A stretch of DNA of 64,000 bases from the NCBI GenBank assembly GCA_027315455.1, contig DAHUXZ010000003.1, forward strand, positions 36,484 through 100,483, given 5' to 3'. A program made the position numbers and the translations under genes. This document shows positions 25,095 to 34,380 of the stretch, one piece after another (the stretch's first letter is position 1; each line of letters opens with the position of its first letter). This DNA is from Thermoplasmata archaeon (GTDB lineage Archaea > Thermoplasmatota > Thermoplasmata > Lutacidiplasmatales > UBA184). The notes under the pieces were generated by a model. It saw nothing but the letters and a program-made list of their open reading frames with translations, did no database searches and was not told the DNA's origin.

Positions 25095-27134
25095 CTATCC
25101 CCCTCCGATCGCGGTGACGATCCATGGCCCGAGGAAGAGCAACAGCAGCAGCAGGCCGACGACGCCCGTCACGACGTACGCCGCGTAGTCGGAGACGACG
25201 CCCGTCTGGATCCGGCGCAGCCCGTCCGACATCCGGGCGAAGGTCCGTTCGATGCCGCGGACCGTTCCGTCGATGATGAACTGGTCGACGAAGTCCGCCG
25301 CCCGGGCCACGGAGTAGACCGCGCGCTGCCCGACCCAGTCGTAGCCCGCCTTCATGTAGTAACGGTTGAGGAGGAGGCGGCGGACGGGCGCGAGCCCGGA
25401 ACCCTCGGGCAGCGCATAGACCCGCCCGTTGCCCCAGAGGCGCCAGGCGGTGAGGACGCCGCCCGCCGCGAGCGCGAGCGAGACGGCGGAGATCGCGAGG
25501 TCCGCCGTCCCGTAGACCGGCGGAACGTTGGCCCCGAGCGCGACGCCCTGCAGCGCCGGCACGACGCCGCCGATCGTGAAGCCGGGGGAGAGGAGGCCGG
25601 CGAACGCCGGGACGAAGACGAAGAAGCCCGCGCCGAACGCGAGCACGGAGAGGACGACGAGCGGGACGCGCATCACCCAGGGCCCCTCGTGGGCCTCGGG
25701 CAGCGCGGGGTCGCGCGGCGACGCGCCGTGGAAGGCGAGGAGGAACGCGCGGAAGATGTAGTACGCCGTGAGGAAGACCGCGCCCAGGGCAAGGAGGAAG
25801 AACGGCCAGTACGCCGGGTGGCTCCCGAGCTGGGAGTAGACGGAGGAGAGGACGTCGTCCTTCGAGAAGAACCCGGCGAACGGCGGGATGCCCGAGAGGG
25901 AGAGGGCCCCGACGAGGAACGCGACGTAGGTGAGCGGCAGGCGCTTGCGGAGCCCGCCCATCTTGAACAGGTCCTGGGTCCCGATGGCGTGGATCACGGA
26001 GCCGGCCGCGAGGAACAGGAGCGCCTTGAAGAAGGCGTGGGTGAAGAGGTGGAACATCCCGACCATCGTGAATCCCGCCCCGACGGCGAGGACCATGTAG
26101 CCGAGCTGGCTGATCGTCGAGTAGGCGATGACGCGCTTGATGTCGGGCTGGACGACGGCCATCGTCGCGGCGAAGAAGGTCGTGAAGCCGCCGATGGCGA
26201 CGATCGCGAGCTGGTCCGTCGGCGTGAAACCGAGGAAGAGGCTCGTCACCGCGAGGAGGTAGACGCCGGCCGCGACCATCGTCGCGGCGTGGATGAGCGC
26301 CGAGACCGTGGTCGGGCCCTCCATCGCGTCCGGAAGCCAGACGTGCAGGGGGAACTGGGCGCTCTTGCCCGCGGCGCCCGCGAGCATCATGAGCCCGGCG
26401 ATGGTGAGGGTGGGGGAGCTCGCGCTCGTCACGAGCGAACCGAGGAACGGCCCGTTCCCGCTCGCGAACTTGAAACCGGCGGCCGCCCACCCGGCCCCAC
26501 CGCCCGCCAGGGCGTACGTCGCGAAGTAGAGGAAGACACCGAGCAGGAACAGCACATCGCCGATCCGGGTGACGAGGAACGCCTCCTTCGCCGCCGACGC
26601 CGCGCTGGGCTTCTCGTAGTAGAACCCGATGAGGAAGTAGGAGCAGACCCCGACCAGTTCCCAGAACAGGAAGAACTCGAGCAGGTTGTCGGAAAGGACC
26701 AGGCCGATCATCGCGGTCAGGAAGAGCGACAGCTCGGCGTAGTAGCGGGGAAGGCCCCGGTCGTGGTGCATGTACCCGATCGAGTACAGCATGACGAGGA
26801 AGCCGACGATGGTGACGACGAGGAGCATGAGCGCGCTCACCGGGTCGACGAGCGTCCCCATGACGAGCGAGAAGCCGTTCGGGAAGGGGCCGACGGGCGT
26901 CGGGACGTTCAGCCAGACCGTGCTGGTGTCGGTGTAGGTCCCCGGGCTGAGCATCTCGCCGATGCCGATGAGCACCCCGATGACCATGGCGACGAACGAC
27001 AGGCCCACGGCGACCCAGCCGCCCCACTCGAGCCGCTTCATCCGGCTGCCGCCGAGGCCGATGATGACGAACGCGAGGGCCGGCAGCAACGGGACGAGGA
27101 ACGCCCAGCCGAACAGGAAATCGAGCGCGCCCAT
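25095..27134 (-). CDS. nuoL: NADH-quinone oxidoreductase subunit L
   Basis: GKSAQFPLHVWLPDAMEGPTTVSALIHAATMVAAGVYL, and KRVIAYSTISQLGYM. Confidence 0.9.
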   Translation of the reverse strand: MGALDFLFGWAFLVPLLPALAFVIIGLGGSRMKRLEWGGWVAVGLSFVAMVIGVLIGIGEMLSPGTYTDTSTVWLNVPTPVGPFPNGFSLVMGTLVDPVSALMLLVVTIVGFLVMLYSIGYMHHDRGLPRYYAELSLFLTAMIGLVLSDNLLEFFLFWELVGVCSYFLIGFYYEKPSAASAAKEAFLVTRIGDVLFLLGVFLYFATYALAGGGAGWAAAGFKFASGNGPFLGSLVTSASSPTLTIAGLMMLAGAAGKSAQFPLHVWLPDAMEGPTTVSALIHAATMVAAGVYLLAVTSLFLGFTPTDQLAIVAIGGFTTFFAATMAVVQPDIKRVIAYSTISQLGYMVLAVGAGFTMVGMFHLFTHAFFKALLFLAAGSVIHAIGTQDLFKMGGLRKRLPLTYVAFLVGALSLSGIPPFAGFFSKDDVLSSVYSQLGSHPAYWPFFLLALGAVFLTAYYIFRAFLLAFHGASPRDPALPEAHEGPWVMRVPLVVLSVLAFGAGFFVFVPAFAGLLSPGFTIGGVVPALQGVALGANVPPVYGTADLAISAVSLALAAGGVLTAWRLWGNGRVYALPEGSGLAPVRRLLLNRYYMKAGYDWVGQRAVYSVARAADFVDQFIIDGTVRGIERTFARMSDGLRRIQTGVVSDYAAYVVTGVVGLLLLLLFLGPWIVTAIGGG

Positions 27135-27140
27135 CGTCCC

Positions 27141-27458
27141 CTACTGCCGGAGCGTCGTCGCCTCGGCGACGTTGATCGATCCACGGACGCGGTTGAGCGC
27201 GAGGACGATCGCGAGCCCGACGGCGACCTCCGTCGCCGCGAGGCCCACCAGGACGACGGCCGCGGCCTGGCCCCCGATCCCGCCGCCCGTCCCCGAGTAG
27301 GCGGCAAAGACGACGAAGTTGAGGATCGCGGCGTTCATCGCGATCTCGATCGAGATGAGGAGGAGGATGAAGTTCCGCCGCGTGAGGATCCCGAACAGCC
27401 CGATCCCGAGCAGGATCGCCGAAAGGGCGAGGAAGTCGACCGGGGGGATCGCGCTCAC
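27141..27458 (-). CDS. nuoK: NADH-quinone oxidoreductase subunit K
   Basis: LLISIEIAMNAAILNFV...AATEVAVGLAIVL. The GTG start overlaps the nuoJ stop (GTGA). Confidence 0.85.
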   Translation of the reverse strand: MSAIPPVDFLALSAILLGIGLFGILTRRNFILLLISIEIAMNAAILNFVVFAAYSGTGGGIGGQAAAVVLVGLAATEVAVGLAIVLALNRVRGSINVAEATTLRQ

Positions 27459-27943
27459 TCGCGTCCCTCCCGAACCAGATAGATCGCCCCGGCGAGCGCG
27501 CCCATCATCGTCAGCCCGAGCAGCAGCAGCCACCCGCCGTCGGTCACGAAGAGGGTCGAGGAGAGGTCCGTGACGTCGTACGCCCGGATCGGCTGCGGGG
27601 CGGTCGGAACGACGCTCGCCGCGGTCCCCACGAGGACGATGACGAGGAGGGCGAGAGCGAGCGGCACCGGCCCGATCCCGGTCGCGGCCTCCCGGGAGAA
27701 GATGCGCTTTCGCGTGACCATGACCCCGAAGAGGAGGAGGATCGTCACCGCCCCGGCGTAGACGCCGAGCTGGAGCACGCCCAGGAACGGGGCCTCGAGC
27801 AGGAAGTAGATCGCCGCGAGGTCGACGAAGAAGACCGCCACCCAGAGGATCGTGTGGACGAGCTCCCGGACGAGGAGCGCGAGGAGGGCGGTGGCGATGG
27901 CGACGCCCCCGAGGGCGACGAACGCGACCTCCTCAAGGATCAC
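27455..27943 (-). CDS. nuoJ: NADH-quinone oxidoreductase subunit J
   Basis: FLGVLQLGVYAGAVTILLLFGVMV. The GTG start overlaps the nuoI stop. Confidence 0.85.
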   Translation of the reverse strand: MILEEVAFVALGGVAIATALLALLVRELVHTILWVAVFFVDLAAIYFLLEAPFLGVLQLGVYAGAVTILLLFGVMVTRKRIFSREAATGIGPVPLALALLVIVLVGTAASVVPTAPQPIRAYDVTDLSSTLFVTDGGWLLLLGLTMMGALAGAIYLVREGRE

Positions 27944-28713
27944 TTATGGGTCCCCCAGAACAGGCATTCCTTAGGGCAGACACTGATGCACGTGCCGCAG
28001 CGCACGCAATCGGAGTCGTTCACGACCGGCTCCTTCCAGATGCGGCGGGGGAGCTTCTCGCCGGGCCGGGCCGTGGGCTTCGGCACGTCGAGCATCGTGA
28101 TGCACTTCGTCGGGCAGTCGCGGGCGCAGGCGTTGCACCCGATGCAGAGCGGCGCGTCGAGGAGGATCGCGTCCTCGTTCGCCGGCCGCTCGAGCCGGAT
28201 CGGGTTCATCGGCAGCTTGCGCTGGAAGACCTCGTGGAGGCGCTCGGGCGAGTAGACCATCTCCGCGCGCTTCGTCACCGCTAGCTCGTAGCGCGTGGTC
28301 ATCGTCAGGCAGCCCTCGGGGCACGCGTCGGAGCAGAAGCCGCAGTAGCTGCACTTGCCGTAGTCGATCTGGGGGCACTTCTTCGGGTGCTTCGGGTCGT
28401 CCCCGGCGACGCTCACCATCTCGATGCAGATGTCCGGGCAGGAGAACGCGCAGAGGTTGCAGGAGATGCACGTCGCGATGTTCAACGCGTGGACGCCGCG
28501 GTAGTTGTCCCAGACGTCGCCGACGCCGATGGGCCGGCCGGAGGCCACGGCGACCTTCCCGCGGAACTTGGGGTCCTCGAGGCGCTCGTACGGGTAGACG
28601 ATCGTCGAGGGACGGATCAGCGACTTCGTGAACTGCCGGGCCGCTGTCGCGAGCGGACGCACGACCCCGGACAGCGGGTTCGTCGGGTTCTCCTTCGGTG
28701 CGGAAGCGGCCAT
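27940..28713 (-). CDS. nuoI: NADH-quinone oxidoreductase subunit I with an extra C-terminal 2x[4Fe-4S] ferredoxin domain (four CxxCxxCxxxCP motifs in total)
   Basis: CISCNLCAFSCP, CSYCGFCSDACP, CIGCNACARDCP, CVRCGTCISVCP. Start at the ATG at 28713 (MAASAPKENP...). Confidence 0.85.
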   Translation of the reverse strand: MAASAPKENPTNPLSGVVRPLATAARQFTKSLIRPSTIVYPYERLEDPKFRGKVAVASGRPIGVGDVWDNYRGVHALNIATCISCNLCAFSCPDICIEMVSVAGDDPKHPKKCPQIDYGKCSYCGFCSDACPEGCLTMTTRYELAVTKRAEMVYSPERLHEVFQRKLPMNPIRLERPANEDAILLDAPLCIGCNACARDCPTKCITMLDVPKPTARPGEKLPRRIWKEPVVNDSDCVRCGTCISVCPKECLFWGTHK

Positions 28714-28721
28714 GGTTCTCC

Positions 28722-29852
28722 TTAGCCCCCCACCGGGGGCACGCAGCCCAGGAACGGCAGGCAACGGACGGTCACGAGGACGGCCGCGAGGACGATCGAG
28801 AGGAGGGCGAGGGGGATCATGCGGTTCCAGCCGACGCGCAACAGCTGGTCGGTCCGCACCCGCGGCAGGGAGGCCCGGATCCAGACGAAGAGACCGAAGA
28901 CCGCGTAGGTCTTGATCATGAACCAGAAGATCCCCGCGAGGGGGAACGACGTGGCGGCGGCCGGGACCCAGCTCGGCATCGTCCAGCCGCCGAGGAAGAG
29001 GAGGACGACCAGGATGCTCCCGATGAGGGCCCGGACGTAGTCGGCGAGCATGAAGAAGGCGAAGAGCATGCCTCCGTACTCGGTGTTCCAGCCCTCGACG
29101 AGCTCGGCCTCGGCCTCGGGCAGGTCGAAGGGGATCCGTTCCATCTCGGCGAGCATCCCCGCGACGAAGACGATGAGGGCGAGGAGCAGCGGGAACCAGA
29201 ACCAGTAGTTCTGCTGCTCGTTGACGATGACGTTGAGGTCGAAGCTGCCCGATACGATGACCACGGCGACCACGGCGAGGAGGATCGGCACTTCGTAGGC
29301 GATCATCTGCGCCGCGGAGCGCATCCCCCCGATCAGGGAGTACTTGTTGTTGCTCGACCAGGCGCTCACGAAGATGAACAGCGGAGCGAAGGAGAAGATC
29401 GCGAGCGCGAGGAGCAGGCTCAGCGGGAGGGCTCCGCTCGACCACCCCGTGGAGATCGGCAGGACCCCGAAGAGGATCATCGACGTGACCATGTAGGCCG
29501 TCGGGCCGGCGTAGAAGCCGAGGGAGTCGGCCTCCTGGGGGCGGAAGGTGTTCTTGCGGAACAGCTTGAGCCCGTCGGCGAAGTTCTGGAGCAGCCCGGC
29601 GTACCCGACGTGCATCGCCCCCCGGCGGTCCATGAACCGGCCGAGCATCTTGCGCTCGAACCAGATCAGCATGATCGTGTTGATCATGCTCGCGACGAGG
29701 AGGATCGCGGAGAAGATCAGGACGGCGAGCCCGGTGACGACATCGGCGCTCGTGAGCCAGCCGCTCACCGGCGCCGGCAGGATCGAGGCCACGGCCCCGA
29801 GGAGCAGCGCGCTGAGCGCGGCGGAGACCGAGTAGAGGGTCGCACCGGTCAT
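28722..29852 (-). CDS. nuoH: NADH-quinone oxidoreductase subunit H
   Basis: IWFERKMLGRFMDRRG...GLLQNFADGLKLF, and AEAELVEGWNTEYGG. Confidence 0.9.
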   Translation of the reverse strand: MTGATLYSVSAALSALLLGAVASILPAPVSGWLTSADVVTGLAVLIFSAILLVASMINTIMLIWFERKMLGRFMDRRGAMHVGYAGLLQNFADGLKLFRKNTFRPQEADSLGFYAGPTAYMVTSMILFGVLPISTGWSSGALPLSLLLALAIFSFAPLFIFVSAWSSNNKYSLIGGMRSAAQMIAYEVPILLAVVAVVIVSGSFDLNVIVNEQQNYWFWFPLLLALIVFVAGMLAEMERIPFDLPEAEAELVEGWNTEYGGMLFAFFMLADYVRALIGSILVVLLFLGGWTMPSWVPAAATSFPLAGIFWFMIKTYAVFGLFVWIRASLPRVRTDQLLRVGWNRMIPLALLSIVLAAVLVTVRCLPFLGCVPPVGG

Positions 29853-29858
29853 GGCCGC

Positions 29859-31004
29859 CTACCGGTCCACCTCGCCCACGCAGATGTCGACGCTGCCCAT
29901 GATCGGGGGGATGTCGGCGACCCGGTAGCCGGGCAGGTATTTCTGGGCCGCGGCGATGTTGGCGAAGACCGGCGACCGGAACTTGACGCGGTAGGGGTGC
30001 TCGCCGCCGGTGTTGACGACGTAGGCCTGCGCCTCGCCGTGCGGCTCCTCGACGGAGGAGAAGCCGCGCCCCGTCGGGAAGTTGCGCTTGAGGAGGTAGC
30101 CTTCGCGGCCGACCGGGGCGTACGGCGCGCCGAGCCAGCGGGGGAGGCGATCAGCGAGGACCGGCCCCGGGTTCTTGTCCAGCCAGTCGAGGGTCTGGCG
30201 GACGATGCGGACGGCCTGGCGCATCTCCTCCATCCGGACCAGATAGCGCGCCGTCACATCGGCGCCGTCCGCGACGGCGACGTCGAACTCGACGCGGTCG
30301 TAGGCGGCGTAGGGGCGGTCCTTGCGCAGATCGCGTCGGACGCCGGCGGAGCGGAGCATCGGCCCCGTCACCCCCCAGTCCACGCAGTCCCGGGCCGAAA
30401 GGACGCCGATGCCGTCACAGCGCCGGTGGAAGATGTCGGAGTCAAGGCAGAGATGGTCGTAGTCGACGAACCGCGCGTAGATCCAGTCCATCACCTTGCG
30501 CGTCCGGTCGGTGAAGCCCGTGGGAAGGTCGTTGCGCACGCCGCCGACGCGGTTGTACTCGTAGGTCATCCGCGCGCCGGTGTAGCTCTGGAAGAGATCG
30601 AGGACGAGGTCCCGGTCCCGCATGGCGTAGAGGAACGGGGTCATGAGGCCGATGTCCTGGACGAACGCCGCGTACCACATGAGGTGCGAGGCGATCCGCT
30701 GCAGTTCATCGGAAAGGGTGCGGATGTACTGGGCCCGTTCGGGGGGCTCAAGGTGGAGCGCCTGCTCCGCCGCGATGATGTAGAGATGCTCCCACGCCAG
30801 TCCCGCCACGTAGCAGGTGCGGTCCATGAGCGTGATCACCTCGTTGTAGTGGCGGTCCTCGCTGATCTTCTCGATGCCGCGGTGGAGGTAGCCCATCTCC
30901 GGGTCGACCTCCTCGATGATCTCGCCCTCGATGCGCACCCGGAGGTTCCAGAGGCCGTGGGTCATGGGGTGCTGGGGCCCCATGTTGATCCACATCTCAG
31001 ACAT
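29859..31004 (-). CDS. nuoD: NADH-quinone oxidoreductase subunit D
   Basis: MWINMGPQHPMTHGLWNLRV...GYLHRGIEK, ending ...GSVDICVGEVDR. Confidence 0.9.
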   Translation of the reverse strand: MSEMWINMGPQHPMTHGLWNLRVRIEGEIIEEVDPEMGYLHRGIEKISEDRHYNEVITLMDRTCYVAGLAWEHLYIIAAEQALHLEPPERAQYIRTLSDELQRIASHLMWYAAFVQDIGLMTPFLYAMRDRDLVLDLFQSYTGARMTYEYNRVGGVRNDLPTGFTDRTRKVMDWIYARFVDYDHLCLDSDIFHRRCDGIGVLSARDCVDWGVTGPMLRSAGVRRDLRKDRPYAAYDRVEFDVAVADGADVTARYLVRMEEMRQAVRIVRQTLDWLDKNPGPVLADRLPRWLGAPYAPVGREGYLLKRNFPTGRGFSSVEEPHGEAQAYVVNTGGEHPYRVKFRSPVFANIAAAQKYLPGYRVADIPPIMGSVDICVGEVDR

Positions 31005-31473
31005 TGCGCGTCTTCACCTCCAGCTCCTCGGGTTCGTGCAGCTTGAACGAGCGCAGGAGCGGGTGGAAGGCGTACTCGTCCGGGGTCAGGAGGTGGCGGA
31101 GGTCCGGGTGGTGGTCGAAGCGAACGTCGACCATCTCGAACGCCTCGCGCTCGTGCCAGTTGGCCGCGGGCCAGACCGGGGTCGCCGACTCCACGTGGGC
31201 ATCACTGGCGGGGAGGTCGGTCGATAGGAAGAGGTAGTCCCGCTCCTCGTCCGACCAGGCGACGTAGAACACCTCGCGGTGGTCGACCCAGTCGATCGCG
31301 CCGACCATGGCGAGATGGCGATAGCCGAGCGTGTCCCGGACGGCCCGGAACAGCTCGAGGGCGCCCTCGCGGGCGAAGCGCACCCGTCCCGCCGTCCCCG
31401 CGAACGGCTCGACGGCGAGGAGCCGGGGCCCGAGGATCGGTCCGAGCCGCTCTCGCAGGACGTCCGGTTGCAT
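30997..31473 (-). CDS. nuoC: NADH-quinone oxidoreductase subunit C
   Basis: VWPAANWHEREAFEMVDVRFDHHPDLRHLL. 8-nt overlap with nuoD. Confidence 0.85.
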   Translation of the reverse strand: MQPDVLRERLGPILGPRLLAVEPFAGTAGRVRFAREGALELFRAVRDTLGYRHLAMVGAIDWVDHREVFYVAWSDEERDYLFLSTDLPASDAHVESATPVWPAANWHEREAFEMVDVRFDHHPDLRHLLTPDEYAFHPLLRSFKLHEPEELEVKTRNV

Positions 31474-31512
31474 CGCCTCGTTCCTCGACCTGTCGTTCCC
31501 GGCGCACCGGGT

Positions 31513-32118
31513 CTACTCGCCGCGCTCCCGGATGAGGCTCTCGAGCTTCAGGATCCCGTCCAGCATCGCTTCCGGCCGCGGGGGGCAGCCGGCGATGTAC
31601 ACATCGACCGGCACGAGCTTGTCGACGCCCGGCACCACCGAATACGCGGTCCGGAACGGGCCGCCGCCGGTGGCGCAGTTGCCCATCGCGATCACCCACT
31701 TGGGCTCGGGGATCTGCTCGTAGAGCGTGATGAGCTTGTGCGCCACCTTCCAGGTGACCGTGCCGTTGACGATGAGGAGGTCGCACTGGCGGGGGGAGGA
31801 GCGCGGGAGGACGCCGAACCGCTCGGCGTCCCAGCGGGCGCCGAACGCCGCCGCGAACTCGATGGCGCAGCAGGCGAGTCCCCAGTGGAGAGGGAAGAGG
31901 GAGTTGCGGCCGGCCCAGTTGAAGACCGGGCGGATGAGCTTCCCCTGCGCCTGCTCGCCGATCATGTCGGTGAGCGCTTCCTTCGCCGCGGGAATGAACT
32001 CGCGCGCCCGCAGCGCCTCGATCTCGATGAACGGCACGGCGGGCTGGCCGACCATCGGCAGCTCGTCGCCCGCGACCGGGACCGCGGGCCTCGAAGGGGG
32101 CGGGGCGGAGCCGCTCAT
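31513..32118 (-). CDS. nuoB: NADH-quinone oxidoreductase subunit B
   Basis: [24 protein letters not shown] (N2 cluster ligands). ATGA overlap with the nuoA stop. An alternative GTG lies at 32127. Confidence 0.9.
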   Translation of the reverse strand: MSGSAPPPSRPAVPVAGDELPMVGQPAVPFIEIEALRAREFIPAAKEALTDMIGEQAQGKLIRPVFNWAGRNSLFPLHWGLACCAIEFAAAFGARWDAERFGVLPRSSPRQCDLLIVNGTVTWKVAHKLITLYEQIPEPKWVIAMGNCATGGGPFRTAYSVVPGVDKLVPVDVYIAGCPPRPEAMLDGILKLESLIRERGE

Positions 32119-32480
32119 ACCACCCACCGCTTCTCACCGGAGAGGGCGTAGTAGATCCCCACGAGGGCAAGCGCCGTGAACCCGAAGGCGATGAACGACG
32201 GCCACCAGCTCGAGTTGATCCCGCGGAAGGTGAGCCCCCACAGGGCGAGGATGAAGCCGATCACATCGACGGCGACGAAGACGATCGCGAAGGTGTAGTG
32301 CTGCGTGGGAAAGTCGATCTGCGCCTCGCCCTCGGCCTCCTCGCCGCACTCGTACGTCGTGCGCTGCAGGTACGAGCGGCGGGCCCGCGCGCCGAGGAAT
32401 CGGTTCGCGACGATCGACCCGACGCCGAACACTGCGGCGATCCCCGCGTAGACGAGGAACGTCCCGACCCCGGCCTCCAT
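32115..32480 (-). CDS. nuoA: NADH-quinone oxidoreductase subunit A
   Basis: 121 aa, 3 TM, YECGEE motif. GGAGGT (32487-32492 on the minus strand) lies 6 nt before the ATG. Confidence 0.85.
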   Translation of the reverse strand: MEAGVGTFLVYAGIAAVFGVGSIVANRFLGARARRSYLQRTTYECGEEAEGEAQIDFPTQHYTFAIVFVAVDVIGFILALWGLTFRGINSSWWPSFIAFGFTALALVGIYYALSGEKRWVV

Positions 32481-32533
32481 CGCGGTACCTCCTTCGGCTG
32501 ACGATGCGCTCGACGCGCTCCGACCGCCCCACC

Positions 32534-32541
32534 TTATTTAA
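32534..32541 (-). promoter_or_regulatory. TTAAATAA (minus strand) TATA box about 55 nt upstream of nuoA; the leader carries a GGAGGT Shine-Dalgarno
   Basis: AT-rich octamer in the nuoA / GNAT divergent spacer. A second element, ATATA at 32597-32601, faces the GNAT gene. Confidence 0.45.
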
Positions 32542-32636
32542 CGGCTCGCGGGCACGCCGACCGGACGTCAGTGTAGCATGCCTCCGGGGGCAGGGGATAT
32601 AGGCCGGCATCTGGCTCGGTGTGCGGTAGAGGACCG

Positions 32637-33260
32637 ATGGAGTTCCGTCCCCCCGTCTCGCTGGTCGGGCGATGGATCCGCCTCGAGCCGCTGGTCCCGA
32701 GCGCCGCGGCCGCGCTGGCGAGCGCGGCGGCGGATCCCGAGGTGGGCCGCTTCCTTCTTCTCCCCGCCCCACCGGAGGAGGCGGGAATGCGCGGGCTCAT
32801 CGCCCGGCTCCTCGCGCGCGAGCGTGCGGGGACCGATCTCGTGTTCTCGGTCACCGACGCGGCGAGCCGGACGCCGGTCGGCATGACCCGGTTCCTCGAG
32901 ATCGACCGGGACCATGGGCGGGTCGAGATCGGTGGGACGTGGCTCGCGCGGGCGCTCTGGCGCAGCCCGGCGAACACCGAGGCGAAGCTCCTCCTCCTCC
33001 GCCACGCCTTCGAGACCGAGGGCGTCCACCGGGTGCAGTTCAAGGCCGACCTCCGGAACGAGCGCTCGCAGCGTGCGATCGAGCGGCTCGGAGCCACTCG
33101 GGAAGGGATCCTGCGCGAGCACATGGTGATGCCCGACGGGTACCGCCGCTCGAGCGTCGTCTACGGCATCGTCGCCGACGAGTGGCCGAACGTTCGCGCG
33201 CGGCTGGAGCGGCTGAGCCGCCGCCCGTGGCCCGGGGCGGGGCTGCCGGTCCCCGCCTGA
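32637..33260 (+). CDS. GNAT family N-acetyltransferase (RimJ/RimL-like)
   Basis: RLEPL..., HGRVEIGGTWLARALWRSPANTEAKLLLLRHAFE...VHRVQFKADLRNERSQRAIERLGATREGILREH. Start taken at the ATG at 32637. Confidence 0.8.
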   Translation: MEFRPPVSLVGRWIRLEPLVPSAAAALASAAADPEVGRFLLLPAPPEEAGMRGLIARLLARERAGTDLVFSVTDAASRTPVGMTRFLEIDRDHGRVEIGGTWLARALWRSPANTEAKLLLLRHAFETEGVHRVQFKADLRNERSQRAIERLGATREGILREHMVMPDGYRRSSVVYGIVADEWPNVRARLERLSRRPWPGAGLPVPA

Positions 33261-34052
33261 TCAGGGCGGGGGGAAGTTGGGCCGGCGCTTCTCGCGGAAG
33301 GCCCGGATCCCCTCGGGCAGCTCGGCGCGCCGCGCGGCCTCCACGGCGCCTCGCCGCTCGAGCTGGAGCTGGGTCTCGAGGCTCTCGGAGTAGGCGGAGA
33401 CGAGGAGACGCTTCATCCAGCCGTAGGCGAACGTCGGTCCCTCGGCCAGCTCCCGGGCGCGCGCCGCGGCGCGACCGGGGAGCTCTGCGGGCGGGACGAC
33501 CTCGTGCACGAGTCCGAGCTCGCGGGCCCGCTCGGCGGGAATGCGCGCGTGGGTGAACAAAAGCTCCTGCGCGAGCCCGATGCCGAGAAAGTGCGGGAGG
33601 AAGTAGGTCAGGCCCCCGTCCGGGACGGCGCCGAGGGCGGGGAAGGCGGGCACGAGCACGGCCGTCGAGCTCGCGATCCGCCAGTCCGCGGCGAGGGCGA
33701 GCGAGAGCCCCCCGCCGGCGGCGACCCCCGGGAGCGCCGCGAGGACCGGCTTCGGCATCTGGAGGATCTCCCGGACGCTGAGCTCCTGTTCCCCCGTGAG
33801 CTCGTGGAAGAGCCGGGGCAGTTCGCCGCGCGCCCGGTACTCCTCCATGACGCCCACGTCGCCTCCGGCCGAGAACGCCGTCCCTTCCCCGGTGAGGAGG
33901 ACCGCGCGGACCGCCGGGTCGAGGCCGGCCGACTGGAGGGTCTCCCGGAGGAGGCGGAACGACGGCACGTCGAGCGCGTTCAGCCGCTCCGGGCGGGAGA
34001 TGCGGATCTCAAGGACCGGGCCGTGCGTCCGGGTGACGATGGGTTCGGACAT
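33261..34052 (-). CDS. Enoyl-CoA hydratase/isomerase (crotonase) family
   Basis: VLLTGEGTAFSAGGDV, PVLAALPGVAAGGGLSLALAADWRIA, and EGIRAFREKRRPNF. Confidence 0.9.
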   Translation of the reverse strand: MSEPIVTRTHGPVLEIRISRPERLNALDVPSFRLLRETLQSAGLDPAVRAVLLTGEGTAFSAGGDVGVMEEYRARGELPRLFHELTGEQELSVREILQMPKPVLAALPGVAAGGGLSLALAADWRIASSTAVLVPAFPALGAVPDGGLTYFLPHFLGIGLAQELLFTHARIPAERARELGLVHEVVPPAELPGRAAARARELAEGPTFAYGWMKRLLVSAYSESLETQLQLERRGAVEAARRAELPEGIRAFREKRRPNFPPP

Positions 34053-34152
34053 GGTGCGCTCCGGCCCATCGAAGGGATGCGGAAGATAAGTCGCACGGTG
34101 GCCCCGGGCGGCCGTCGGGGACCGGGAGCCCGACCGGCGTCCGAGCGGCCGA

Positions 34153-34380
34153 TCAGGGGCCGGAGGGATAGAGTCGGGCGATGAGGTCGAGGGCGCCGGG
34201 CGCCGAATAGCCGGCCCGGGCGACGATGCGATCGGCGGTTCGGATCTTCTTCACGCCCACGAACCGGCGGGTCACGAAGAAGAGGTAGGAGTAGGTCTTC
34301 ATCGTGAAGGCCACGATCGCGCCCTGCGGCTCGAGCAGGATCTTGACCGTCCGCCGCTCGGAGATCCACCGCCGGGCCAC
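34153..34380 (-). CDS. Small hypothetical protein (~75 aa; start uncertain)
   Basis: Strong GC3 codon bias in this frame (VARRWISERRTVKILLEPQGAIVAFTMKTYSYLFFVTRRFVGVKKIR...). It overlaps the long tail of the phosphoesterase ORF in another frame. Confidence 0.35.
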   Translation of the reverse strand: MARRWISERRTVKILLEPQGAIVAFTMKTYSYLFFVTRRFVGVKKIRTADRIVARAGYSAPGALDLIARLYPSGP

